Position numbers and translations under genes: made by a program
Assembly (NCBI GenBank): GCA_965644265.1
Contig: OZ286465.1
Location: forward strand, 21,824,001-21,888,000
Reading direction: 5' to 3'
DNA: 64,000 nucleotides
Origin: Glycera tridactyla
Lineage: Eukaryota
In this document: in pieces, positions 35,801 through 51,100 of the stretch
How the letters are laid out: every line of letters starts with the position of its first letter
Numbering within the stretch: the first letter of the stretch is position 1
Notes under the pieces: model-generated
Databases searched by the model: none
Told to the model about the DNA's origin: nothing
What the model saw: the letters and a program-made list of their open reading frames with translations, nothing else

Positions 35801-38800
35801 TGACCTACGATATCCTAGGGTGATTACTCTATGCCTGCAGTGAGGTTGGTAATGAGTGTGGTTCATTTACAACCTGCTTGTGTGGAGAGGGTGGCACTTA
35901 TATTGGGTCAGGGTGGAACCCGATCCTGGCCACCAGCTGTTATTACCTCCTCCCCTCGTGCGCCATAGTCGGCCCATTCGATTATAATTAGATGCGCCAA
36001 TTTTGTATATGACACGCCATGGCGCGCTCGGCGCTGCCCAGATACATCCCTGATATTGAGATGAAATAGCAAAAAAAATTACAGACGGTTGTATACTCTC
36101 ATCAGTAATTAGTAAGCAACATGGGTGTGGGTATCCAAGCCTGGAGGATTGCTTTCTTTGTCTGATACCGGTGTTCTTTCATCCAGTACACTTTCCCTAC
36201 ATGTTTTGTAGGATGTTTTGTGGCCAATGAGTCTGATGTGTGTGTGTCAACAAGGCAGATGTAAATAATAGTGTGTTTTGAAAGTACTATGTACTGTATG
36301 TGATGGAATAAAATATGATAAATGCTAGTATTATTGATTTACTGCTTATTATACAGGTATATCAGAGTCCCTCTGTAATTGATCGGACTGCCTGGATTTC
36401 TTATCAGATTGAAATTTGAAATATGTCGTAAGCCGGACAGGAGATTCCTCCAATCTTGGCTGGGCTGCCAGGTCTCCCTTCTTCAGGGGTATGGAATTTT
36501 AAGGCTTGAAACCCCAGCCTGGTATTTCATTGATGACCTGTCCGACTTTGTCTCAACTGCTCATGGTGTTGCTGAGTCAGCCATGAGTGGGATGTGTTGG
36601 CAACGTTTTGATTGATATTTTGGATCTAACTATGTAAATGGCTGGAAGCTAACACTTGAGCCTGATAGCAATGCTTTCATTTTGAGCAAAGCGTAGCACT
36701 TGAAACAGGGGAAAGCATCAGATTTGGATAATGCTGACAGTCTAATTTATCTCGACAGGGCTTAAAATGATAAAATGAACGCATACTCTGCTTAAAAGAT
36801 TTATTCATAGAAATACTATGCAGACGCGTACATATATCATAAATAGCATCAGTTAGCATGTACATTTCATACATCCAATTCACCAACAGATTATACATTA
36901 TATTGTTCCTATCACCTTAACTGATGATGACATTTTCAAAAAGTACAAAAAACGTCAATGGAACAAAAACCACTACTGTCATATTCAGTAGGTGTACCAC
37001 TTCGGAGAACCTTGAGCCAATAAAATATGACAAGTATATGAAAAAAAAACATATACAATAAGACTTATAACTCAATCATTAACATACTGAAAGCATGAAT
37101 CATATTCAATCCAGTTAAACAATTAGTGTCAGTCAATCTACTATAAGCTAGCTCTCCCCTGCAGACACCACTCTCACAAACCCTGAACACAAGGGATGGG
37201 GCAGCCAAAAGGTTGTCAAGTGGAAGTAGCTGACAGTTCAGACACACCTTTTACTACTCAACGTGAACATGGTCACCCTTGATATGGCATATCTAACTAT
37301 GTGACCGGCTGATAGCTGCACTCGATACTGCAAAAAGAGACTTATGTTTAGGAATGGCTCAAACTGGAGAGAGCATTTTCACTGAGTACAACCTTGACTT
37401 GCATTAAATGCTTTCTAAATTGATGGAGAACATAAACAGTGAAACCTGCACTAGGCAAAATCCTGTCTTAAGCACATACCCCACGGTCTGCCCGGATGTT
37501 TTTTCTCACGATAATTGTCCTGCGCTAAGCAAAATCCTGTCTTAAGTGAAAGAAAAATTTGGTCCCGTGACTTTTTACTTAAGACAGGTTTTACTGTAGT
37601 TTTGTTTGGTTCAGGTTTAATGGCATGTATTGGCGTGAGGAGTTGACAATGTAAGGTTGCTCCCCTAGATGTGACAGATGGAGACCTACCGTCAAACTCC
37701 GAGCACACACATACTCATCAATCTTGAGATTTATAGGCTTCACATACTGATTATATGATTGATTGATTGATTGGCATGTATCAAACACTAGGATGTAGGA
37801 TCTGATAAAGCTAGCAAATATTATACTCTAGTCAACAACCGGTAGCCCAGCCGATTGTGACATCCTTGACGTCGCAGAAGTCACCTCTGTGATGTCATCA
37901 GTTGCTGACATTGCTAGGCGGTTTGTCTATGTCTCACAGATACGGGATGTGATGATGCAGGTCACCCGGGAACCAAGGCTTGCATGAAAATTGTTCTTAC
38001 CTTACTGTCATGCTATATGGATGTTGTGGATGATAGCCTGCTTAGTGCTACGTTTAAAATAGATGTACCTCGATATAAATGACTCAGTAGTCTTGGAAAA
38101 GTAAAAAAAAATCACGAGTGGAGTCTGATGATCAGAAATGATATATTTTTGACAATGTTACATCGGTTGATTGTAAGTATAAACATCAAGAACAACCTCA
38201 TAACCAACAAAAGCAGATACCAACATAAAGTTGAGTGCCCATGTAATGAATATATCACAACATTTTCGACATCTCCAGCAGGTGCTCAAAGGCACACATA
38301 TTTCCCAGTTTTCACTTTCACTTCTTGTCTGGGCACTGATAGGCTATTTCATCACAGGTATGCCTACCAGGGCACATATCTCATTCACACTCCTTGCTCA
38401 AGTCGGCATTACAACTTCAACAAGAAATTCACAGAACAAAATGACTGCCAAACATACCTGTATGTTTTTCATAATCTAACTCACTCATAGCCATCCAAAA
38501 GGATGATTCAAATTAAGTAAACTATAATAACATACCATATCATTGAAACCTACTAATGGTGCCATGTTTATAACAAAATACCACATTAACACTGTTACAG
38601 GGATACAGAGATCTGATTTTAAGATTTTCCCAATCTCAGAAGTCAATGGAAAGTCACAGTTTCATGGGCTTGTCAAATTGTCGGCAATCTAACTTCATTC
38701 TGGATCCAGCTCTTGAATGGGCTATCCTCCAGATAAGATGAATGGCAATGATGATCGTGAAGTTAACCTACTTTGGAACAGTTGTTGAAGCGTGTTATGA

Positions 38801-39104
38801 CGTTTTGACCACTCTGCCAGCAGTCTTGCTCACATACTGAGTCGGTGGTGGCTATGGTCTGCTGCCCAGGATATAGGAGGTTGTTGTAGACTGGTGGGAG
38901 GTGGTATCCCTGGTCCCTGTTGATGGTCGAAACGTCATAACACACTTCAACAACTGTTCCAAAGTAGGTTAACTTTACGTTCATCATGGATCATCTTGGA
39001 ACCAAGAACAACATATTTGCAAATGAATGGCAATCATAATAGTTCATCTCCCACGCCGCCTTCTTCCCCGCAAATTTGCTGCTAGGACTCAACAGCGCAT
39101 CACC

Positions 39105-42100
39105 TCAGTCCAGTAGTTTGTCGTTGTGTTCCTGCTTGTGGCAAGCCGTCCAATCCTCCACTGAAAGGAAGAAGTGGGTCCCAGTCAGTCGGATACAACA
39201 GCAATATATGTTCACAGATGAAAATGGTTAAAACCGAATTATAAATTCTTAGAGTTTTCACAAACAGTGCACAGCTGCCAAGCAATCTCCCAAGACAGGA
39301 TCATTCATCTGATATGCTCGATCACAGGTGAATATTGGAGGCCTGGCAGATAGATACGATGGAGTGGTATACTGTTCTCAGAATACCACATATGGCCTAG
39401 AGATGTGGGTGATGCAATCAACACTGGTAAATCTGGGAGAACAATCGCTGAAACATTTGCATGCACATACACCCACATATATATGCACACATTCTTTCAT
39501 CAGGTTCAAGCCATTCTGATTCCATTCCTGAATCAAACTTCCTACAATTAAATTGACGCCATCATGGGAATATTGACAGCTGAATATCCAAAATTTCCTC
39601 AAGCATTCTTTGAAGACCTTATGGGTGAATTATTGACTAAATTTTAAAAATCTCCATGAGTGTTACTTTTTCAAATCACTATCCAACTTGGCAAATGATT
39701 TTGATGTCCTCAACTCCCATGAAAGAAGTGACATACTACAGAATCTAAGATTTCATTATACTCCAAAAAGATGATCGAATCATACTCACACTGACAGTCT
39801 CTACCGCAGTAGTATCGCACGTTGGTGATGCCCTCCTCCTTGCACCTGGAAGAGATGGATATTCATCGAATTACATCGGTTGAAAAAAGTAACATTTTCA
39901 GTGATGCCATCTAAGGTATAAACAGCACACAGAAAGAAAAGCTTACACAGAGTAATCCTTAGGGAGCATTAGATCTGGCTTGCATCTTTATACATAAAGG
40001 CATACATGTATATGAGTGATAACAGGCATCACAGCCCCCCCCCCCCCCCCCCCCACGCAGCGGTGATCTTGATTTTTGACCAGGGGTCACATGCACCAGA
40101 GATGCCGCCAGGCCGGGCGATTCCGGGATGCTCGCGATTCCTCCATCATCGCCCGAGCTCCATTAGTATCACTGCGTGAACGAAAACGCTCAATCCCGCG
40201 ATCAGATTTAGCAAGTGCGCGAATAAAAATCGAGAAATATGCGGAAAACGTCTAGTCGATTCGTCAAATTCGAAGTATATTCGTCCATCTTGATTGAGAT
40301 GCGCAGCTTTCTGCTGGGTGACTCGTAAATAAGTCTTCTGCGCATGTTGTTTTCGCGTTAGTTCTTGACCATTCCGTGATGTGGCGCTGCTCGCAGCCGA
40401 TCGCAGCGCCAATCGGCACGTAGCGGGATTAATGCGAACTATCGGCAGCTTCGTTTTGGCGCGAAAATTTGAATGCTAGTGTGGTGAACGTGTCAGATTG
40501 ACTAAGTACCCAGTCAGTGAGTGGGGTTATTCCAATAATAGTCAAACCTGCTCAAACCACCTTCCCTAAAAGGCAACTTTCCTACTAAAACCACTTTTTT
40601 ACCCAACCAGTTGCACAGATTCAACATATTTTTTTCAATCAAATTTTATTTGATTTCTATTTGAATTGGCTATAGTGTCGTACAATTTAATGTCATAATA
40701 CCACTTCTAGATATCGAAAAAGGTTCCTGAAAATTGGAAATGAAGATCCCCCCCTTCATAAGTCAGATCCCCCTCATCTCAGAAGTCTGGGGGGGAATTC
40801 CCCCTCCGGGAAAAATTCCTGGAAGCATCTCTGTATGCACTGAAATGGAGATGTCGCTTGATCATCCCAGATGAGTTTGATCTATATCCAGCCTGCATCG
40901 AAAGGGAGATGTCCCAACATGGGCTTATTATCGAAAATTCATCATTGGTTTGGTCCGTATCTGCAAAAACCTTGCAAGAGGTGCTTTGAAGAAGGTTTTC
41001 AACAATTCTGGATGTGAGCTAATCACATCCATGGGTGATGAATCAAAACAAGCAGTATCAAACACACTGCATTGATAGTCACCTTACACTGGAGACAAAC
41101 AAATTGCATAATAGTCATCAAAAACTCACCTCTGACATTTCTTGTATGCCTTCGGCTTCGGTTCCTCACTTCCACAGTGACTACAGACTCTAAGTTTACG
41201 AACTGCGCTCGCCGTTACATCTTTATCTTCAGCGCCATTAGGATCCAAAGTTTTTGTACTAGTGAAGCGAAAGCTTGCCATATCAGCGGGAAGATCTTTA
41301 GGAGCCTGATTTTCAGCCGATGGCGAAGAAGGGGTCTTATTATTCAGATCAGCAGGAGTTGGTTTTTTGGCAACCTTTTTATTTTTCTTTGATTTTGGTT
41401 CATCGGTGGTGGAAGTCGTGGTGGTGGTTGTGACCGTTGGTGCGAAGGGTTTGTTGGGGTCCACTCCTGTGACGGTGACGTTCTGCGTGGTACTGTGTGT
41501 CGTCGTCTTGGTGCTTGTTTTCTTGCTGGGACTGCTAGAGGCAGATGAAGCTTTGAGGTCAGGGTTCAAATTGATTGTGCCCAAATCTTGAGTCAAACCA
41601 TTCAGATTGAGGTGGACCTGCAAAATATAAAGTGATCATCCCACCTCATTCTCTAAGTCACTCTTGTGAGGAAACTATACCCCTGACAAGAGACTACCTC
41701 AAATTTGGGGGACTGAGGCTTATCAAATTTTGAGGACAGGCCACATCCATAATTCCATGAGTTAAATCTGACCCAGTCCCTGAAGGTCACAGGTCAAGTA
41801 CCAAGAAGACAGGAACATATTTCACTGATGTTGCAGAAACACCGACATTGCCGAAAACCCAATTTCAAAAACGGAATTCGTGTGTATGGCATGCTCTATG
41901 CAGTAAAACACTGACTAGAGGTGACTGACCTGCATATTTTTGGGTCCTCCTTTCTTTATGTGAGCATGCGGCTGTCCCTCGCCGGGATTGAGACCGATGT
42001 TGATGGAGCCAGCAAGATCCGGAATGTTGATATTCATGTGTCCGCCCTGCATCGATACATTTTGCGAGCTGGCCTCGATCTTCACCATACCAGGCGGAAC

Positions 42101-45100
42101 CTTCACCTTCCCTTTACCCTTCCCTGAAAACATACAAATTTGACATAAAATTTGTGGGGTGTTATTGTCCTGATGGTAAGATATGATTTTCTCTATATAA
42201 AGAAGTTTAGGATTCATCCTCAAGTTTTGTCATGAGCACAGCTCGCTGCATTTGCACTCAATATCAAGGAAATTCAAAGATGTGCAGAACAATGACATCC
42301 CACTTTTAATGCCAGCAAAGGGGAATGCAGGGTTGCAGCCAGGATTTCAAAAATTGAAGGCATTTACCCCCTCAATTTCAAGTAAGGGGGGCATTTCTTC
42401 ATCATATCAAAAAGTGCTCCTCTTTGTTGATTGATTAGAAGAGAGGCCCTAAGTCGATGAAATGTGTGAAATGAGTTCCATTTGCACTACTAACCTGACC
42501 GTTTGTTATTTGCTTGGGTTTAACGTCCTTTGAACCACCTTTGGTTATATCGGACTGAAAAATGGAAAATGCTGAAGAAAAGAGGCACCGCTGCCAGGGG
42601 CCGTCGCTACTCTTTGTGAAAGACAGCAGTGCTTCTTCTAAGTGCATACAGGAAAAGACTCCTATGCACACGGCCAGACTTTGATATGCCAGTCCTAACC
42701 CGACTGTGATATTTTCTACCAGTTATGTTTTTTTGTACACATGCATGTGTGAGCTTGAAAACACCGGTTTGAAATAGGGAACTGGCAATCGCCGGTTTCA
42801 CTGGTTCTAACTGGGAGTTATAGTAATCTTGAATACCGTTTCATAAAATCATTACTTTTTCATTACTGCTGGTGAAAACCAGTAACACGGGTGGAAAACT
42901 GGCTCACAAGTTCTAACCAGCATTTCCTACCTCACACATGAAATGGTAATGAATAGTAATGGACGTATTTAATATTTGGGGAATATGTATTCAGACACAC
43001 TTTCTGTAACATGGGGAGAACAGCTTGTATCGAAGCAGGTATCCAAATTCCTATTCCCCATCTATCATATTATTTCATCTTATTCAAGATTACTATAACT
43101 CCCGGTTAGAACCGCTGAAACCGGCGATTGCCGGTTCCCTATTTCAAACCGGTGTTTTCAAGCTCACACATGAGCTGCAAATCAGGGCTCTGCCTTCGAT
43201 TTCTTTTTGTCGTGGAAAAAATAAAGATCTTTTGATTTGATTTGATTCTGATAGTGTGCCCTTGTGAGGGACAGAACCTTTGGCTTACCCTTCCCTGCAC
43301 CATAAACGACATGCTGTTGGAGACGGACTTGGTGCTGCTGCTGATGAGTGTGAACATGAACTTGATGGAGATGCTGATGCGTTGCTAGGTGACACGCCCC
43401 TGCGCCATGTGGTCCGGCCTGCCCACATGCTCCTCCATGAGAACAGCCATGCTGAACACCAGGTGTCGGCATCGGCATCGGTGCAGGTCCTTGTGGGGTC
43501 CCATTTGGTCTGGGTCCCTGCGATCCTGGACTTGGCATTGGTATCGGCCCCCCGGGTCCATGATTAGGCACCGGCATCGGCCTATTACCAACATCAGGCT
43601 GTAATTGTCGAGATACTGAAAATGAAGTTGAAACAAACTGTGCTTGGTCTAGGGAAATCTATAGCAGTAAGAGATGTGATTGGCTCTAGCCGAAAACCTG
43701 ACAAGGGGTGATTTTCACCAAGATTTTGTGGACAAAGAAACCCCAACGACTGCTGACTAATGGCTACTAAAACTGCATTCAATCTCTGTGCTCAAACTCC
43801 ACTGATTCTGGTCTGATATTCATGATCTAAAGTTCAAAATAATATGCTCTTCTCTGACATATGCATGGATAGCTGCATTGTGATCAAAAAGCAGGAAATC
43901 CACAGACCCGCAGAACAATCACATCCCTGCAGTAAACTGATAAATTGTAGCAAAACGGTTCATTTGTGATAGGAGGACTCAGCAATGCCAACCTGTGATG
44001 GCCAAACAAGGTAATCATATCTATTTCAGGGATGTGATTGGCTCACAACCAAAAACACTGAAAACCTCACAGGGAGCACTTATACCAAAATTCCATCGAT
44101 CAACAAACCCAAGGAACTGGTGACTGAATGCTACTAGGACTCCATACAAACAATGTGCTCTATCTCCACTAATACTGTTCCTATTTTCATGATCTAAAAG
44201 CCAAAATAATCAGCAGAGATTGGTCTTTGCTGTCTGGAGCATGTCTTGCTGGTTGTCAGCAAAAACACGGAAATCCGCAGGTAAATCACTTGCCTGCTAT
44301 TTTCAAGACAATGATGCCATTATTTACGATCAACAATTAATTGACAGGATAGGGTTGAGATACAGAATGTTGTTTGTTTGAGGTTTAACGGCATATATCA
44401 ACTCAGAGGATTATGTATGCTGTGTGTTCCAGGACAACGAAACCTAGATGTTCTGTCCCCTGCTGGCATCACTCACACGAACCCTGAATGCAAGATGATG
44501 GGGAACCTGAAAGGTTGTCAGTTGGAAGTAGCTGACATGTCAGACACACCTGTAACTCCATAACATTATGAAATGAACCTGATAGCAATGCTTTCTTTTT
44601 GAGCAAAGTGCAGCATTTGAAACAAGGAAAAGCTTTAGATTCCGAGAATACTCAACCAATGTGTTCAAATACAAACTGTCAACTTCAAACCATGAGATAT
44701 ACTGATGGCAATGACAGTTGTAGCAGGAGGTGCTTGGTCGGTGGGTCGGTGAGTGGGTGGGTGTGTAGGTAGGTAGGTAGGTAGGTAGGTAGGTAGGTAG
44801 GTAGGTAGGTGGGTAGGTAGGTGGTCAAATGAATGAATGAAACCTTACATTTTCTGAATCCTTGGAGATTCGACATAATATACATCAGCAGTTCGCGCAT
44901 TTTCGCATCCTTTATCACTGCCCAAACTTTCACCCCTGTGTTCAGCTGAAACTCGCAGCAGTCTGGATTCAGCGACACCATCCCAATGTTGTCAGGCAGA
45001 AACTTTGGAAGACAGAAAGAAATTCAACAGATGTGAATGTATGCTACTAACATGCGGTCTAGCTCTCTCTGAATTTCAAACATACCATGCTTCTTTACTC

Positions 45101-48100
45101 AAGACTGAAAATTCTTTTACCTGTCCCAAAAACATCCAAAGACTTTTGCTGAAAAAAAGTGATAAGCATTCCCATTGATCATCTACCTAATCCAATTGCT
45201 GCACATTGCATTTTTTACCTCACCGTATTATATTCTCACTTTTATCACACAGATTAAGAAAGAAATGAACAAAAAGTAGTTCTCAACTGTGAAGTATCAC
45301 ATGCAATACTCAACACCTGATACTTCATTGAAAAGGTCACATCCATGTGATAACATCATTCGAACACTTATCTTATTTGTAATACAACGAGCATCCAACG
45401 AGTCAATGTCCCATGCTGGCTGAGATATACTAGACACGAGGGCTGCATCCCTGCATGAAATTTCTTTGGATTTGAACAATATGGCCAATCCAAGTCCACT
45501 CATATGGATTCCAATCCTTGGTCTATCGAGTCATCTTTGATCATGGAATCTAGCTACCTGAAAAAACATCAGTTCACTCAGATCTGCAGATCTCAGAGCT
45601 GCATCCAGGAATTCATCAAGTGGGGCCAATTTCGGGCCAATTGGCCCCTAACTATGAAAAATTCGCGCCAATCCTGAAAATTGGGGCCAACAGCAAGACC
45701 GAATCAGTCATTGGGCAAAAATCTTCACAGAACACATTTTTCCCGCCAAAACTATCACCGCGGACCATGGGGTAACGCTGCGAAAAGTTGTTTCATTCGA
45801 TGAATGTCCGCCATCTCACTGATATTCGGCGAACTGCGCACTTTGAAGTCGTTTGAAACGCGCGCGCTGATTGGCTGAGATCGACTGGTTATGTTTCTAC
45901 GAGCCAATAAGAATTGAGAAGACAAATCGCCGTCGTCTTCGCACATGAGCAATGGCTGCCGCTAGTCATATCGCCAAATTCTATCAGATTAGACATGACG
46001 AAATACAGGTTTGTGGCGCAGTTCACTAGTCGAATCGCGTGGATATTTCGACAAAAGTGTAGCAGTTGGCGTGCAGTCATGTTCGATTCGCGCCAATGTT
46101 CATTTTTTCGCGGGAATCACACCAAGGCGCGGCCTGGATGCAGCTCTGAGATCTGTAGAGCAATCACCTGCCTGCCACATACAAATAGTATCTCACCTCA
46201 AATGTTGCTTGCGAACTTGTCCCTTTCAGCGTCATATTAGCGCTGTTTCTTGCGTTATCAAAAATCATGGTGAAGATGGCTTTGATCCAGCCACAATTGC
46301 CCTGGGCACGAGAGTCCCACTTCACTTTGCAGTCATGTACTGTTACATTCAGCGAACCACCTGCAACGGCAATACAGAACATCATAGGATAGCCTGATCT
46401 CCGCTCAATGCTTGTGCTTGAATGAGATGAGTGACTTGCTTGACTCGGACATTAGCGTGGAACAAGCAATAAGCATAGAACAGTTTGCTCATGATAAAGA
46501 ACTCTTGTTGAATAGGGCACATCATGCAAAATCCATCAATGTATTTTGTGTGTGTAGAACCTAAATTCGTGGCATGCAGTGAAAAATTGAATGTTGAAGG
46601 AATTGTTTTACGGACATTATATTTGCCAGTTTAGCCGCCTGCAGATCCATGTTAATTTCAGAGCTGATACTAGAGATCAAAGGGAGCTGCGAGAGTGGGA
46701 GATCTGCACTTTTCCGCACGGCGCATATTACATCAATTTTGACCCTCGACATGGGATAAATCTGCTGATCCCACGGGAGTTTTTAAAAAACCATGATTGA
46801 CCTATACTAAGCATGAACTTGCTCTAAGCATACGGTTTCATGTCTCTCAACTTCATGCCTAGGACAAGTATGGCGGAACATGTATTGCCATATGTGGAAG
46901 AGTTTGATCCAATCCGATAAATTTCTTACCTGTAGGCTGCTGGGGGGTTCCCATAGGCTTGTACCCCTTCTCCGTTTCCACCAACTATCATCAGAAAGGA
47001 AAGAAGATAAGTTGAAACTGTGTTTCATGATACACCATTGAAATGTACAAATTACATTCTCAGAGATCATCCGATTTCTTGTGGATTTGAACCTGGGATC
47101 TCCAGCATGGCATCCACCACCTAGGCTGTGGAGGAGCAAGCTGACTTACACGCTGAGCTATGTGGACCACTCATGTAAGTAGTCACACAGCACAGCCAGG
47201 TGCATGCTCCACTCCATACACAGACATCCTGAGACCCAGTTGACCATCCGTTCATACCCGTGTTATAGACAGATGGGCACGTTTTCTGCTCATGCTTCTG
47301 CATGTACCGGTATATCTGGCAATAGACAAACATTTGCAATGTCAAATATTCCTCAATAATGATCTTCAAACATGCAAGTACAGTCAATAACTATGCATTA
47401 CATGGCTTTTTTTATATCCGTATTTTTCGCAAATTGCAAGCAACATTGTGAGCTTCATCACTGACAACATAAAATTCACAGAAAGCGAAAAAGTATTTCA
47501 AAATGAAACAATGTACATACGTGTATATTATCAATGTTGTCGCTGATCAGGGCGAGCGCCCTCATATTGCAAGCTTTTATATTCTCTTCATCCGTCTGCG
47601 TGCTGTTGATTCGTTTGTAGTAAGTCAAAACTTTCTCTGGCAGAAGCAGCTTAATGCCTGAAAAAATGCCATCATAATCCACATCAACATCAGCTAGACA
47701 ACACACTCAGTATTCAACTCCAAGCAAAACTGACAGAGGCAATTCACCTGAGCACCAGCAATCGTAATTAAGTCCTGCCCTCAGGAAAATGACACCAAAA
47801 CATCCAGCAGGGAAGTGGTAGCCGGACAGTGTACACTGAAATCAGTGAGTGTCTAACACAGTAAATGAGGGCAGAGATGCTTCCAGGATTTTTTCCCGAA
47901 GGGAGAATTCCCCCCAGACTTCTGAGATGAGGGGGATCTGACTTATGAAGGGGGATCTTCATTTCCAATTCTCAGGAACCTTTTTCAATATCTAGAAGTG
48001 GTATTATGACATTAAATTGTACGACACTATAGCCAATTGAAATAGAAATCAAATAAAATTTGATTAAAAAAAAAAATGTTGAATCTGTGCAATTGGTTGG

Positions 48101-51100
48101 GTAAAAATAGTCGTTTTAATAGGAAGTTGCCTTTTAGGGAAGGTGGTTTGAGCAGGTTTGACTATTATTGAAATAACCCCACTCACTGACTAAGTACTTA
48201 GTAAATCTGACACGTTCACCATACTAGCATTCAAATTTTTGCGCCAAAACAAAGCTGCCGATAGTTCGCATTAATCTCACTACGTGCTGAGTGGCGCTGC
48301 AATCTACTCAACCAAGAAGCGAACAGCGCCACATCGCGGAATTATCGGGAACTAACGCGAAAACAACATGCGCAGAAGACGTTTTTACAAGTCACACGGC
48401 AAAAGCTGCGCAGTTCTTGATCAAGATGGCCGAATATCGTTCATATCTGAAGAAATGACTAATGTTTTCCGCATATGTCTCGATTTTTGTTCGTGCACTG
48501 GCTGAATCTAATCACGGGATATCGCGTTATCGTTCGCGCAGTGACACTAATGGAGCGCGGGCGATGATGGAAGAATCGTGAGCATCCCGCGATCGCGCGG
48601 CCTGGCGGCATCTCTGTGAGGGTATAATCCACTTTGAAAAGTGACTCATACACCGAACAATCACATTCCTGAATTCCGTATCATGTGGCACCATGTTTAG
48701 GACTTTCCATGGCTCCTCCAGCATGCAAATTTAGTACGTATATATATATATATAAATATATATACATGTGTATATAGATGTACATTTTACCTGAAGTTCT
48801 GCATCAGGGCTCTACATTAAATTTGTGCTTCAGCTGTTCTTCTGGCAGGTGGAGAGGAATTTTCACCTGCCCTCCTGCATACAATCATTGGCTAAATAAT
48901 GGTTAAGTACCTGCCCATTGGACAGACAGACTCATAAAGTCACCTGCCTGTGCCTGTAGGGCAACCATTAACGTAGTGCCCTGTGGATACCCATGAGTTT
49001 GAAAAGGTATATAATTGACACCTTAAACATGAATTACAACCTCTTTCACCTATTCATGGATCCCCAATGAGCCTCCTACATTGAGGTCTTCAACCAATGT
49101 GTATGGGCACAGGTGACCTTAAAGGTTATATTAGGCTGTCTCCCCAAGAAATTCATCCGTCCAGCCCAACATGACATATACTGCAGTTCATACAAGTGGC
49201 TTATAAAACATAATTGTCCGCCCTAGATTCATTGTTGACCCGGACAAACCCTTAATGTAAAGCCCTGTGGATTCTATCATCATCATCACCTTCCATCCTT
49301 GGATTTTATCCTTCAGCAGCCCCCCATCCCTAAATTCCAAAAGTTTAGGCTGGTGATGGTGAGCAACATCTGTACTTTGTCTTCGGTGTTTCATGAAAGC
49401 AACTCCAAATTTTGTTCCGATGCATTCTGAACAGACCATCCAAATGACCCATGACAAAAAACCACAGCATATTCTCTGAGAATATCCTACCTTTGGCCTG
49501 GTCTGGAGTGGGACCGAATAACAAGTCATCAAGTACCGCAGGTAGGCTCAGCGTTTCACACAATGGCCTCACGTCATAATTGTTCTGGGCCTTTTTCTCA
49601 GGTACCACCCACTTGCCAGAATCGGACAGACTCCTGTACACCTCCTGCATTGAATGTGAACATACATATATTACGAGTCAACCTGTGCATTCTTAATTTC
49701 ACATGTATTCTGGGCACCTTCAGTGAAATTAAACACACTAAGAATTCGTCAGCCAGTGAATACATATTTAAGGATGTGGTCAGCTCACAACCAAAAACAC
49801 TGAAAACCTGACTGGGAGCACTTCTACCAAAATTTTGTCAATCAGCAGACCCAAACACCTGCTGACTGAAGGCTACTAGAACTCCATACACACATCGTGA
49901 TCTATCTCCACCAATACTGGTCCGATTTTCAAGATCTCTGCTGTCACTTACACAACTCGCTGTTTACGAGCAAAAACACGGAAATCCGTGGAACAATCAC
50001 GATCCTGCATATGTGTAATTTTCATACCTGATCTTTTGAATGGTTCATTCAGCAAGACCATCACCAAATTCAAGGCCTTTTCAGGGACCTTTCAAGGACC
50101 CAGTTATCATTTCTAAGGCCCAGTTAATGGCACATGAAATTATCAAAATAAAAATTAACTATAATATGATGTACCAGTTGATCAAATATGTCTCCTTGGG
50201 CCATCTGAATTAACAATGTAATTGCAAGTGAGACCAAGTCATAGTCCAGTGGTCTACTAATGATAGGCTTCAACATTTTCTGCCTCAATTGCAAAGGTAT
50301 ACATGCCCTATCCACTGCCAGGATAACCATTCATTTCAAGGCCTTACCAGCTCCGATGCTGCTAAAATCAAGGACTTCTCAAGTCCAAGTCCTTTTCAAG
50401 GTCTTTTCAAGGTCGATGGTCATTTTCAAGGACTTTTCAAGTCCTGTGCAAACCCTGTTTCGTCATTATTTGAAATAAACCCTGGAAACCTGACCGGAGG
50501 TACTTTTCACAAAGATTTCATGGACCAATAAACCCCCAAATACTGCTGAGTGATGGCCAGTATAAATTGATACAAACTTTGTGCTCCATCTTCACTAATT
50601 TTGGTCCTATTCCCATGATCTCAAAGCCAAAATAATCAGCATGAAATGTTTTTTTCTGTCATCTCTGGGCCTGCAGAGAAATCACATCGCTGGAATGAAC
50701 TCACCTTGACAGAAGAGCTCGGTTTTCTTGATAGACGAACGTATATGATGCCCTCTACCTTATAGAGCAGCATCAAGACAGATGGCGGAGGGCTGGAATG
50801 ATGATGATGATGATGCTGACAAGAGTTGTGTGTGCAAGGAACGCCACGTACTGCCTCGGGGGTGTGAGTCGCCTCATTCGAAGTATCGCCATGTGCATTG
50901 CATGAATCAGACATCGTCAACAGGGTGGAAGGCGCAGATTTCTGATCACCTACTGCCTTTGACGAAAAATCCGCCACAATCTGTGCAGCCGCTGCAAACC
51001 CTGCCTCCTCACCCTGACCACCCTTTTTCTTCTTCTTGTTCCTATTTCGCTTCTTCTTTCCACCAGCTGAAGCGGCACTGCTGACTTCGGGAAGTCTTGA

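Noticed and set aside
43182-43577. Track ORF labelled + strand (MPVPNHGPGG...)
   Set aside because: The translation is the reverse complement (ATG at 43577, stop at 43182-43184). It is a minus-strand exon of the MYND gene (43289-43615), so the strand label is wrong.
45297-45556. Exon-like stretch with an in-frame TGA (possible selenocysteine)
   Set aside because: Its phase does not fit the flanking exons, which join directly (46930 to 43615); no SECIS was identified.
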